A stretch of DNA of 64,000 nucleotides, taken from the NCBI GenBank assembly GCA_002269645.1, contig NIVC01001039.1, positions 63,372 through 127,371 on the forward strand, written 5' to 3'. Position numbers and translations under genes: made by a program. Shown here one piece after another: positions 39,001 through 49,920 of the stretch; the stretch's first letter is position 1; each line of letters starts with the position of its first letter. Under the pieces are notes generated by a model, which was not told where the DNA came from, did no database searches, and saw only the letters and a list, made by a program, of their open reading frames with translations. The stretch comes from Macrostomum lignano (lineage: Eukaryota).

Positions 39001-42000
39001 GTACAACCCTCCCTGTGATCAGTACAACCCTCCCTGTGAACAGTACAACCCTCCCTGTGATCAGTACAACCCTCCCTTATGATCATTGGACTCCCATTCA
39101 GCCACTGAAATCTCATTTTACAGAGCTACGTAAAAGCATTTCCTGGCTGCCCAATGCTTGCATGCAAAGCCAATACAAACAATGGCATCCCTCTTGACAG
39201 GCTCTGCGCACCAACCGCACCCTGATCCACCTGTCGCTGAGCAACAATCGCGTGTCAGACCGGGGCGCCACCGCCCTCGCCGAGTCCTGCTCCAGGTTCT
39301 ACCTGACGCACGAGGAGACTGTCGAACGCCGCAGGCTTCTGTCAACCGCAGCGGAGAGACGCACAGGACTCAGCGTGAGTGACTTGAGCAGCGGTGACGC
39401 GAGCCAGTTCACCGCTTCGCATGCCACCCTGCTCACTCAGTCAGTTTTCTCTGGAAGCACCGCCACCCGATTAGTGAGTTATTTGAGCCGTGCCAATATC
39501 GCTGCGAGTTCGATCGCTGCAAAGCAGACTTTAACGACGCAACTCTCCCCCTCACTCACACTCGAAAATTTGTTAAAACGCATCGTTTTAAGTCGGCCGA
39601 GGTGAGGCTGTCGAACCAGAGGCGCCAGTTCAGTGTTCTATGTGTATTTTATGTCTCCTTATGTACATGTACATTGTAAACTGCTATTCTAAACTTGAGT
39701 TCTAACTGGCTAAACTGAACTCTTCACTTTTTTATCTTCTCCACGATTCGAACAATATCTGCATTTTCACTGTTTTCTTATTTACGGTTAACCATCCGGT
39801 TGGTTTTATGGCCTTCATAAACACAACTCCAGGGTCCAATAAGCTGCCCTCGTCCAGGACTAATAAGCTACCCTCTCCAGGGTCCAATAATTATCTACCC
39901 TGATCCAGGGTCCAATAAGCTACTCTCATCCAGGGTCCAATAAGCTACCCTCATCCAGGATCCAATAAGCTACCCTCATCCAGGGTTCAATAAGTTACCC
40001 TTATCCAGGGTCCAATAGGCTACCCTCATCCGGGGTCCAATAAGCTACTCTTATCCAGGATCCAATAAGCTACTCTTATCCAGGGTCCAATAAGCTACTC
40101 TCATCCAGGGTCCAATAAGCTACTCTTATCCAGAGTCCAATAAGCTGCCCTCATCCAGGGTCCAATAGGCTACCTTCATCCAGGGTCCAATAAGCTACTC
40201 TTATCCAGGGTCCAATAAGCTACTCATCCAGGGTCCAATAAGCTGCCCTCATCCAGGGTCCAATAAGCTACCCCCATCCAGGGTCCAATAAGCTACTCTT
40301 ATCCAGGGTCCAATAAGCTGCCCTCATCCAGAGTCCAATAAGCTACCCTGATCCAGGGTCCAATAAGCTACTCTCATCCAGAGTCCAATAAGCTACCCTC
40401 ATCCAGGGTCCAATAAGCTACCCCCATCCAGGGTCCTATAAGCTACCCTCATCCAGGGTACAATAAGTTACTCTTATCCAGGATCCAATAAGCTACTCTT
40501 ATCCGGGGTCCAATAAGCTACCCTCATCCAGGGTCCAATAAGCTACCCTCATCCAGGGTCCAATAAGCGACCCTAATCCAGGGTCCGAAAAGCCGGCATT
40601 ATCCAGGATCCAATAAGCTACGAAGTACCCTCCCTCATCCAGGGTTCAATAAGCTACCCTCATCCAGGGTCCAATAATTAAGCTACCCTCTTCCAAAGAC
40701 AAAAAGTGCTCAGACGCTCCCGTCCTCCAGGGTTCCAATCATGGACCGCAAGAGCTAGCAGAGGTTGAGTTAAAAAACATTTACACGAGTATAACCGAAT
40801 TTTAATTTTGGCACACGTTATTTGTTCGATTTTCTATGCCTGCAACAGCTAACAATTAGCAATTGTCTGTTTCAATTTCTATTTTAATCTCTTTACAGGT
40901 ACATGAAGTGATTGATTTTTCTTAAATTTCTTGCAGCCAGAAAGCTGTCAGAGTCGGCCCTCGTCATCAGCAGTGACGGTCAGTAGCGCAACCAGAAATT
41001 TTTCAAGGGGGGGGGCGGATTCTGAGGGTAAAGTCACGGGAGGGGGGGCGGCGGAGGGGTGGCTCTGTTTTTGGCGAAAATTCGCTTGGTCCCCCTTTGA
41101 TTTTTTTTCGGTCCCCCGCCTAAGGGGGGGCGACCGCCCCCCCCCCCCGCCCCCCCCTGGTTGCGCCACTGGTGACGGTAGCTATAATTTAGTACAATAT
41201 AATAACATGACAGTGGCGCCCTGTTTTGTTGCTTAACTATCTGCTTGAGGAACTATAGACATAATTCATTTTTAAGTTGCAATACAGTTTCTGTTGCATT
41301 TTAATTGCTATAAATGCTAATTGATAAATAATTATTTGTTTTTAACACACTTGCTAATATGCATTTGCGATGAAAATAAGCCTAATTTGTTTTGTATTTA
41401 ATTTTAGTTTGAAACTATAAAAAAGTAGAGTAAACAATTCAGTTAGCAACTATAATAGCGCAGCAAAGAAGAGTACATAAGCATTTTATAAAAATAAAGC
41501 CAGCTAAAATGACTTCGATAAGTTTAGAAGCCCAAGCTTGCAGGCGTAAACAATTTGCTAATTGGTTCAGCAATAATGTACATTAGCCAGTCCACTGAAA
41601 TGTACATGGCAGCTTTGGGCTGGAATTCCGAGAAAGGCAATAAAAATTGGTGCGGAGCGGGTCGGCGGCGGGGGGGGGGGTAGTGTGGAAAGGCGCGGTT
41701 GGAGTGTTTAAGCGGGAGCACGAGAATTTCCTACAGGATGTTTTTCCGCCTAGGTTTCCCCCGCGAGATTTTCCCGCAGCGAGGAAAACCTCAGCGGGAA
41801 AACTTCTTGCTGGAAAATGTCATAGACCCGTTTAAGCTTGGGGGTAAGAGCCAATGAGCCTCGGCCTTTTGCCTTCTTAATTGCTCTTGCAGACTAAAAC
41901 TTTACATCTGTTTGTGAACATAATTCTTTTAATTTGAGAGTAATTACGAGATTAATGAGAAAACAAATTACTTTAACAAAAGTTCATTGCGTCCTGGATT

Positions 42001-45000
42001 TGCAGAGGCGACAAGTGAAGTTCACTTTGAACTTTTCTTCGGAGTTGCCCTCCGAGAATGAGGCCTTGGTAACGAGAGGAAAATTAGAAACAAAAAATCC
42101 CTTAAAATTTCACTTTTGATTTACTTATTGAAAAACAAGACTAAACAAATGCATGACGCAAGTACTCTTTGTTATTCTGCATTGTTTGACAGGGCTAAAC
42201 GATATTTATTTTTGCGCAGCGATTTAAAGCTATCACTAAGCTTAATTATAAGCTAACTGCATGAGCTTGCTGGAATCTAGTAGTCCATTCATTAAAAATC
42301 CATGGCCCGTCCTTTCGCCTCTCGAGCAGCCCCCGCCCAGTCGCCGCGGCGCCGCCGACCGGCCAGTCAGTGTCCGGTCCGGCCAGGAGAAGCTCGGACG
42401 GACAGGCGGCACCGGCAAAACGCCTGGAAAAGGAAAGAAGGTACGCGTGATGTTAGGCACATGTTAGTGAGCTCTTTTATTATTATATTACTTGCCCTTC
42501 TAGATTTTTGTAATCAGAGTTCCTGACACGTACTTCAAGTACAATGCTGAGAGTACTTGATGTACTTTCGTTTAGATGTGAACCGTGTCCCTGTCTCAGA
42601 TTATCATCTCACTACCATGTTTATAATCTCTCTCCCTCCCATCTCGATCTTCCTCCCACCTCAGTCTCATTTCCATCCCATCTCGATCTCACCTACATCC
42701 CATTTCTCTCGATCTCATCTACTATCCATCTCGATCTCATCTCAGTCACATCTACCTTTCATCTCTGTCTCATCTCCCCTACTCTACCTTAATTGCAGGA
42801 CGACAAAGCAAAGCCAGAAGAGAAGGCCAAGAACAAAGCTCAAAAAGAAGATTCTAAAGCCAAAGGAAAAGGTGAAAAGTTATTCTGAGATGTCGTCATT
42901 AATTTAATTCATTATTTTAGCTGTAGTAACGTAGAATATTTATTCTTTATCTTCCCAATTTCTCGCACAATTTCCTTATCCTTTACTGTAAGTAGCGTAG
43001 TCAATAAAATTTAATCGCTACTAATTTTTAACTTGTGCAACTTTTAAATGTTTCTACTGCTTGTAAAGTTGAAATGGAAAAGGTTTGTTATAATTGCGCA
43101 TTAAATCAGCCCCGAAATTTTTCGACCTCATTGGCTAATTTCTCCTAATTAAAGAAGACAGAACAGCTTTCCAATTTTACATGTGCACGTATACACCGAA
43201 TCCGCAGGTGCTCAAGCCTCGGAGAAGGATTCGAAAAGTTCAGCAGCCACTCTGAAGTCCGGCAAAGGAAAGGGCGGCAACAACAGCAGCAGCAGCGGTG
43301 GCGGCCGCGTGAAAGTCTCAACGCCCCTGCAGCTGGACCAGGAGGTGAGCGGCTGATCTGTTTCTACTACTGAACTGTCTGTTCAGTAGCAAGTTAAGAA
43401 AATAGTTGCTATAAATATCAGTTTGCTATAAAAGTTTCAAGAGACGACGTCCAAGTATGGGGCTGGATAGCTCAGCGGTTAGTAGTGCGATTTAGTACCT
43501 GAGTTCGATTCCCTGTGCAGCCACTTTGATTTGGGGCTTGTGCACAAAAATTTACTTGCTGGGCGCTTGTAGAGCGAGCGATTTTGGCTCCGGCCCACGA
43601 CAGTCAACATCGGGAAGTCTGGAAGTTCAAGAGAGAAAAGACGCATTTTCGACAGATGGGTCAAAAGTACCAGAGACTTTTTTAGGATCCAGGATCTTTA
43701 TTGAACGCAATGCAAGTTTAAAATTTGTTCTGTTCGCCGCAATTCCAACAGGAGTCGCAGCCGCCCGACTCTGACCATCCACTGCTCGAGCGAGTGGACA
43801 CGGCCTACGCGCCTGGATACCTGCTAGTCCCTGGCAACCACGTGCTGGCACTGCTCAATCTATCGAGTGCGTCCACTTTAATCCAGATGCACTTTTGTAC
43901 TGGGCGATGCTTTAAGCGTCCTCATGGACAGCTTGAAGTAGGGGGATAAGCTACACTTGATTTTCTTAGAACCGAGCTGAAGGTCGCTAATTAAGGATCG
44001 TCTATGGACTTAATTCAGCGCTATGCGATCTCTAGTATAGCTTTTTGCGGCCCATTTGGGCCTACGCGCATTTATTTTAATCCAAGATACGTTTGCCAAT
44101 GTAACGGAGCTTTTGTCTATGGTAGCAAGGCTGGCACAGCGGCATTTAATTTGGTCCAACAAGCATCAATTTGGTCCATACATAGCGCATTTGCAACTGC
44201 TGAGAATTGTGGACCATATATGCTAGGCTGTTGAACAAATGCCATTGGCTTGTGATCGAAGCACTCGACAGAGTACTTCGCACCCAAAGTACATTGCAAG
44301 GTTGCTGAATGTAAAAGAAAATATGGTATGCAGCATCCATCAGTGCGTTGAAACTCTGCCGGCAGAGATTGCCTGCGAAAGGATGACTATCGCCAAGGCA
44401 AGTTGTGAGAGCCTCAGGTCCAGCTGCTACTCAATGCAGTTGAGACGAAGCCTTTGTTGATATTGCAGAACATGCAGCAGAAGATGAAGGAACAGTTGCA
44501 GTTGGTTATCAGATTTTGACTATTACCAGAGCTCTGGAAAAGCGACTGAAAATTGTTGGTATAGAGACGCTGACATTCCAGCAGTACGCAACAACCTGCA
44601 GACGGTTGCGAGAAGGCAAGAATTTCCCGAATGGCTCACGAGTGTTTGGACCAAATTGATGCTTGTTGGACCAAATTAGATGTCAACTGGTCCTGTCAAC
44701 TGGTTAATTGGCCTCGTTTCGAGTTCTCAGGCTTCGTTTTAGTGAGGCTTGGCCATAGACGCTTATGTGATGGGGCTTCCGACATCTGTAGATTAAGTAT
44801 ACAATGATCTATACCAATAATCTTTGCCTGTTCTTTTGGTGTCTATGGCAAAAAACTTTGGACGCGTTTATCTAAGGCTTGAGAACCGCGTCCTCATCCT
44901 TTCTCTGCCATTTGCCTTCTGCCATAAAGGTTATATACTTCTTTAAACGTTCTATATTGGCTTCCAGCTCTCATTTCTAAGAAAATCGAGTGTAAGACAA

Positions 45001-46727
45001 TAAGTATAAAACTATTAACGCTTCAAATGAAATATGGAATTACAGAAAATATGAAATTTAAATTAAACAGCTTGGAATTAACTGAGTGCTAATATATGGC
45101 ATTCGGTGTCAAAATTCAGGATAAGTTGGTATCTCATCATCATGCCACGCGCTGACACAAAAAACCCTGCTCAATCTTTATCTGGCTTGCATGCAGGAAA
45201 CCAGATCACGGACAAAGGCGTGCTGCAGTGGAAGACGGCCATTAGTTACCAGCTGGCCTACATGAGCAAGCAGAAGGTGAACGGCACGGGACTGATGAAG
45301 CTTCTGCTACAGGTGAGACGGAAGCTGTAAAGTCCCCCACTATGATCTTATCCTGAAATTTTTTTGAAATTTTATTCGAATTTGATTTTAAGTTTCAAGC
45401 CGACTTTCACCGACTCTCAGTTCTCTGTCTACTTTTAGTTCAGTAGCAATGAAGAATACATAAGCTATTTTATAAAAATAAAGCCAGCTGAAATGACTTC
45501 GATAAGTTTGAAACCCAAGCTTGCAGGCGTAAACAAACTTGCTAATTGGCGTTCAGCCATAATGTACATTAGCCAGTTCACTGAAATGTACATTGCAGCT
45601 TTAGGCTGGAGCATTGAAGAAGGCAATAAAATTGCATGGGCGGTGGGGCACCTGGGGTGGTCTACCCCCGATTCGCTGAATCCCAATTTGCCGATTCCTG
45701 GTTCGCCGAAATTCCCGAGTCGCCGATTCCGGATTTGCTGAAATTCCTTATTTGCCAAATTCCTGATTTGCCGAAATTCCTCATTTGCCGAATCCCGACT
45801 TGCCGATTTCCTGGTTCGCCGGAATTTCTGATTTGCCGAAATTCCTCATTTGCCGAATCCCGATTCGCCGATTCCTGGTTCGCCGGAATTCCTGATTTGC
45901 CGAATTCACTATTCGGCCAATTCGAAATGGAAATTTTCGAAAATTCGAAATTTCTTAAGTATTAAGTATTAGTAAGTATTAGATAGTATTAGTATTTATA
46001 GTAAGTCACTTTAGAAATAGTAGAGTAAATGATAACAAGCAAAAATGTACAAAAAGTTCAAACAAAGAATGGCCTATCTATTAGCTAGCACAGGCCACAG
46101 GCATTACCAGATATTCGACGTAGTACGAATTGGCCGAATAGTGAATTCGGCAAATCAGGAATTCCGGCGAACCAGGAATCGGCGAATCGGGATTCGGCAA
46201 ATCAGGAAATTCGGCGAATCAGGAAATCGGCAAGTCGGGATTCGGCAAATCAGGAAATTCGGCGAATCAGGAAATCGGCAAGTCGGGATTCGGCAAATCA
46301 GGAAATTCGGCAAATAAGGAATTTCGGCAAATCGGGAATAGGCGACTCGGGAATTTCAGCGAACCAGGAATCGGCGAATCAGGATTCGGCGAATCGGGGG
46401 TAGACCCCTGGGGTAGAGATTCTGTGTAAAAAGACGCGATTTTTGTAGAGCCAATGAATAAGCCGTGTCTTTATAAAAATGCTTGAAAATGTTTCATACT
46501 ACTGAGCTGGTAGTAGCTTACAGGCAAATATGCTGCTGAGGGTCTCGATCATCTAGCTGTAGTAGTACTAGTTATCCATGTTCAATCAAATGCCAGCAAT
46601 TGCCTCTCCCTTGCAGGGAAATCCATTCTCGACCGAGTCTGAGAGCTACAGAATTCTCCAGCAGGCGATGAGCAGCAGAGATCCGGTTGGCAGTTCCAGC
46701 AACACTTCCGGAAATGTTGATCAGTGA
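33073..46727 (+). CDS. LRRC71: LRRC71-like leucine-rich repeat protein, 15 exons: 33073-33133, 33216-33334, 33975-34083, 34357-34407, 35335-35545, 36115-36261, 37395(or 37419)-37578, 39201-39374, 40937-40978, 42327/42330-42440, 42799-42871, 43208-43344, 43752-43866, 45197-45312, 46617-46727
   Basis: All GT-AG junctions are phase-compatible. Peptides YQPTGNFQSDFVELC, LQLRFNQITDAGA, ALRTNRTLIHLSLSNNRVSDRGA...FYLTHEETVERRRLL and HPLLE...LVPGNHVLALLNLSRNQITDKG match my recollection of LRRC71 (FELTHTEVVERRRLL; HPLL...MPGNKVLLHLNL). Confidence 0.85.
34592..34895. mobile_element. ~300-bp MITE-like dispersed repeat, copy 1 (further copies near 41438-41900 and 45430-46520)
   Basis: Inverted ends CTACTTCCAGTTCAGTAG / CTACTGAACGGAAGTAG. 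The core TTTTATAAAAATAAAGC...AATGTACATTAGCCAG...GGCAATAAAA is shared with 41486-41650 and 45468-45634. No TSD resolved. Confidence 0.65.
35563..36065. repeat. 25-bp intronic minisatellite (ACTCTGCAGGGGTCTGACCTGTGCC)n
   Basis: Direct tandem copies filling LRRC71 intron 5. Confidence 0.95.
36283..37302. repeat. Two abutting 21-bp intronic minisatellites: (GATTTGGGATTTCTGATTGCA)n then (ATCATTGCAAACCTCCCTGTG)n from about 37036
   Basis: Direct tandem copies in LRRC71 intron 6. Confidence 0.95.
37592..39085. repeat. 21-bp intronic minisatellite (ATCAGTACAACCCTCCCTGTG)n
   Basis: About 65-70 copies in intron 7, related to the 37036-37302 array. Confidence 0.95.
39822..40700. repeat. 25-bp intronic minisatellite (ATCCAGGGTCCAATAAGCTACCCTC)n
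   Basis: Period 25 (CAGG at 39931, 39956). Confidence 0.95.
40981..41171. mobile_element. hAT-type MITE, 191 bp
   Basis: TIR CAGTAGCGCAACCAG / CTGGTTGCGCCACTG (one mismatch); exact 8-bp TSD GTGACGGT at 40973-40980 and 41172-41179. Confidence 0.9.
41714..41829. mobile_element. 116-bp palindromic MITE with GGG...CCC ends
   Basis: Exact 8-bp TSD GTTTAAGC (41706-41713, 41830-41837); imperfect ~36-bp TIRs. Confidence 0.75.
43461..43523 (+). pseudogene. tRNA-derived sequence (pseudogene or SINE head) lacking a full anticodon arm
   Basis: A box TAGCTCAGCGG; B box GAGTTCGATTCC; GGCTG/CAGCC acceptor-stem pairing; only about 63 nt long. Confidence 0.6.
45659..46406. mobile_element. Foldback-like non-autonomous element (748 bp) with ~290-bp TIRs built from tandem TTCGCCGAA-type subrepeats; GG termini (Merlin- or MULE/FB-like)
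   Basis: GGTCTACCCCCGATTCGC / GCGAATCGGGGGTAGACC; exact 8-bp TSD CCTGGGGT (45651-45658, 46407-46414); AT-rich spacer at about 45950-46110. Confidence 0.88.
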
Positions 46728-49609
46728 CTTGTTCGATTAGCAGACATGAAGATAGGACAAATGTACTTTTAAGTTATAATTTAAGTTTCCCTGCAGAAGC
46801 ACTTCTTGTCACAAAAATCCATGACTTATGTCACAGCGTCACTTTTTGCTTTTATTTTTGTTGCTTATGCACTACTAATTACATGTTTAAAGCTCTAAAA
46901 ATGTATTGCAATAATTCTCACGAAAAGGCAATTTTATACTCTCTTTGTTGAATATCTTTATTGAACATTTAACTTTCCTCAAATTAATACACGTACTTTT
47001 CACTTTATTGTTATGATTTTTAAAAATATATATTTAATAAGGCTTCTCCGTGTACTTGCTGGTCTGGGAGATGCAGCTACAGTTGGCTTTAGCTGCATAT
47101 TTTTTTCAAAAATGAATGCCAGAGAAATGGTTGTCATGGTCTCAATTTCCATGCATCAGAGCATAACTTCAACAGTTGCCTTAAAAACGGTACTTTAAAA
47201 TTTATTAAATAATTGAAGCCTAGTAAATAATGCATGAGCTTTAGCTATACAAATATGCACTTGTCGTGCATGCTTGTGCAGCTTTTACGGTTTTGGATTT
47301 CCTTATCGGTTCTTGCTGTCCATTGTTAAACTGCCAATTTTTATCATACAGCTGCCTAACTGTGTACATGCACGTTTGCATAGCAGAGATACGGATAATA
47401 TATACATGCAGTACATGTACATGCATGCATGCTCGTACACTCAAAAGAATTAAAAAGTCGCCACCTTTGAGAGTGCGCAGTAAATTCTAGTTCAGTATTG
47501 ACTTTTGAGTGACGCAACTTGCGCCACGAACGCAGAGTTGGGCTGGGTGAAGGAGGGATTGGGAAGAGCGGAAGCCGAGGGCGATCAGCATAATTGGATG
47601 GATTGAAGCTTCCGCCCGATTTTCATGTTTTTTCAAGAATTCAATGTGCTTGTACATTTCAACTCCTAGTAGTGTTGATGAAATCTGCATCTGAATTAAA
47701 AGTATAACTGTATATTAAGCTTCTTGCAATGCGAAGATAAAGATATGCAAAGGTTTTCTCAAAAGACTACTGCTACGAGCGTAAGCAGAAGGATGGGAAT
47801 AAAACAATGGAAATTTTGGCGAAAAATTTATTATGGAGAATGGAGGTTTTGGCTTGATCAGCACAAGAGGATCCAATGTTCATCTTTTGAGTTTTGACAT
47901 GACTTGCTTTTCAGGAATCCAAGTTAATTTAAATAAATTGATATCGCATATATCAATTTAAATTATTTAAATATACGATATTTATATATACGATATAATT
48001 GTTACCAGAAATAAAATAAATGGCACAACTTGATGCATTCGTTTTAGGAAAATTTGTTATCGTGCTTAGCTAATAAATAATCTACATATAAGTCTAGTAG
48101 TACTAATTTTATAGTCTGTGCACTCTGTAGTGCCTTCATTGAAGTAAAATAAAAGGCTTTAATTGTTTTGGGCTAATATAGGCCATATTATTGACAACAA
48201 CCTAGTCTAGTCAATATTTTCTGACTTGTCTGATTTATTAAAAATTGTAGTTAAAAATCGATTGTGTTACACAATCATTCAATCAATTTGTGTAAACATA
48301 TTTTCTAAGTTACACGTCAATAGGCTACACGTGCACCAATTTTGAAATTGTCGCAAACATTTAAAATTCAACGACAGCTTATTATTTAATATTTTGAACA
48401 TAATGAAAAATTTAAGCAACTATTGGGATAAATAGTCGTTTTCTACCTACGAACTTTATTCCTGCTTACCCAGAGTATTTTTTATATTTATAACAAAATT
48501 TACCGTATAGTTGCTTACTGTTGATTGTTAGGGAAAAATTGTAATATAAGAAAGGCAGTTTTTTTCAAAAAATGTTTTCTTATTTTATCTAGCAGTTTAA
48601 ACTGTTTCGAAAAGTGGGAGGCAGGAAATAGCAGATATTTAATTTTGCTCTTCATGTGATCTTAATGAGCACTGGGTATATTGACTAATGTCTATATTTA
48701 ACCGAATCGAATCACATTCTTATCATCGATCTTTCTAGTTCCGTTCCGATCTAGCATTGAAGTTTCAGGACGAAGTTGAGCAAAGAGTAAACAAAGAAAA
48801 CAATGTTAGGCTACCAGTTGTGTGTATGATTGCGACTGTTCTCATATTTAGTTAGTTTACATCTGAGATGTAACATCTCAAACAAGTCAAATGCATCCTG
48901 CATATGTAGTCAAATTTTAGTGACAAAAATACTGCTATACAATCTATAATTCTATTTATTTGAGTTTATGAAGGTCTGCATTAAAATTAGCGGCTAAATT
49001 TATTATACATGTCCTTTGTCTTTGACAAAATTTAAAGAAATAAAATTTCTTTAAAAATATTAAAATAAAATATGAATATATATTTATCATTGAAGTAATA
49101 TGGTCATTTAATCTATTGTGTTCTTGTTTGCTGGCAGATAAAAATGTTTGAAAAAAAGTAGACTATAGTCAAGTATATATATTGTAAAACTTTTTTTCCA
49201 TAATGATATATTGTGATTAATATAGAAAGATAAAAGTTATAGTGAAATATTATTTTTTATATATAATTTGGACTTTGGTTTATCATATTTTAAATAAATA
49301 TAATAACATATATTATATTATATTTAAAATTGATAAGAAAATAAGTTTAACTTTGACCATTTTACAAACAGTCTTTTTTAATAAATGACTTCAATAGTCT
49401 ATATTGGGCACCAGTCTATTAATAAGCATTAATCTATTAATAAGCATCATTAATAAACATTAAGATTTTTATTAACAAACTGCCATTAAGATTTTTTGAA
49501 CTAATAGATTAACAAATTATTAGCATTAATAATTTTGTAAGTTAACAACAAATTCATTGTTAATGTTAATGGTAATGTCAATGACCAAGTCTAAAGAGAA
49601 GTTTTTTTT

Positions 49610-49920
49610 ATTAGAGGCAGGGGGTTTGTGTGCACCCTGGTGCACTTTAAGTGACATAGGCACACAACTGGTGAGAGGCATTACTGCCCATTCTGCCAAC
49701 TCCCCTGAGCAGGCATACAAGCACACGGATACGTACACAGGCACACACTCACAGGAGTATACAGCGCCCCTAACTTTATATTATTGTTAGGCTTGTACAC
49801 TTCACTGCGCCTTGGAGGGTTGGCTCTCAAGGCCGTTATTTGCATGAGCAAAGCCAAGCTGAGATTCCAATTCAGCCCCAAATTAATGTGATTACACTTG
49901 GAATCGAGCCTGGGTCACTG
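49610..49920. repeat. Dispersed repeat; second copy at about 59115-59610 (with a different middle)
   Basis: Both places share ATTAGAGGCAGGGG...GCAC and CAGGAGT.TACAGCG...TGTACACTTCACTG...GCCAAGCTGAGATTCCAATT...CACTTGGAATCGAGCCTGGG. Confidence 0.7.

Noticed and set aside
44148-44679. 32-bp inverted repeat pair (TAATTTGGTCCAACAAGCATCAATTTGGTCCA) about 470 bp apart
   Set aside because: Probably an old MITE, but ends and TSD could not be defined and there is no coding content, so it is not listed as a feature.
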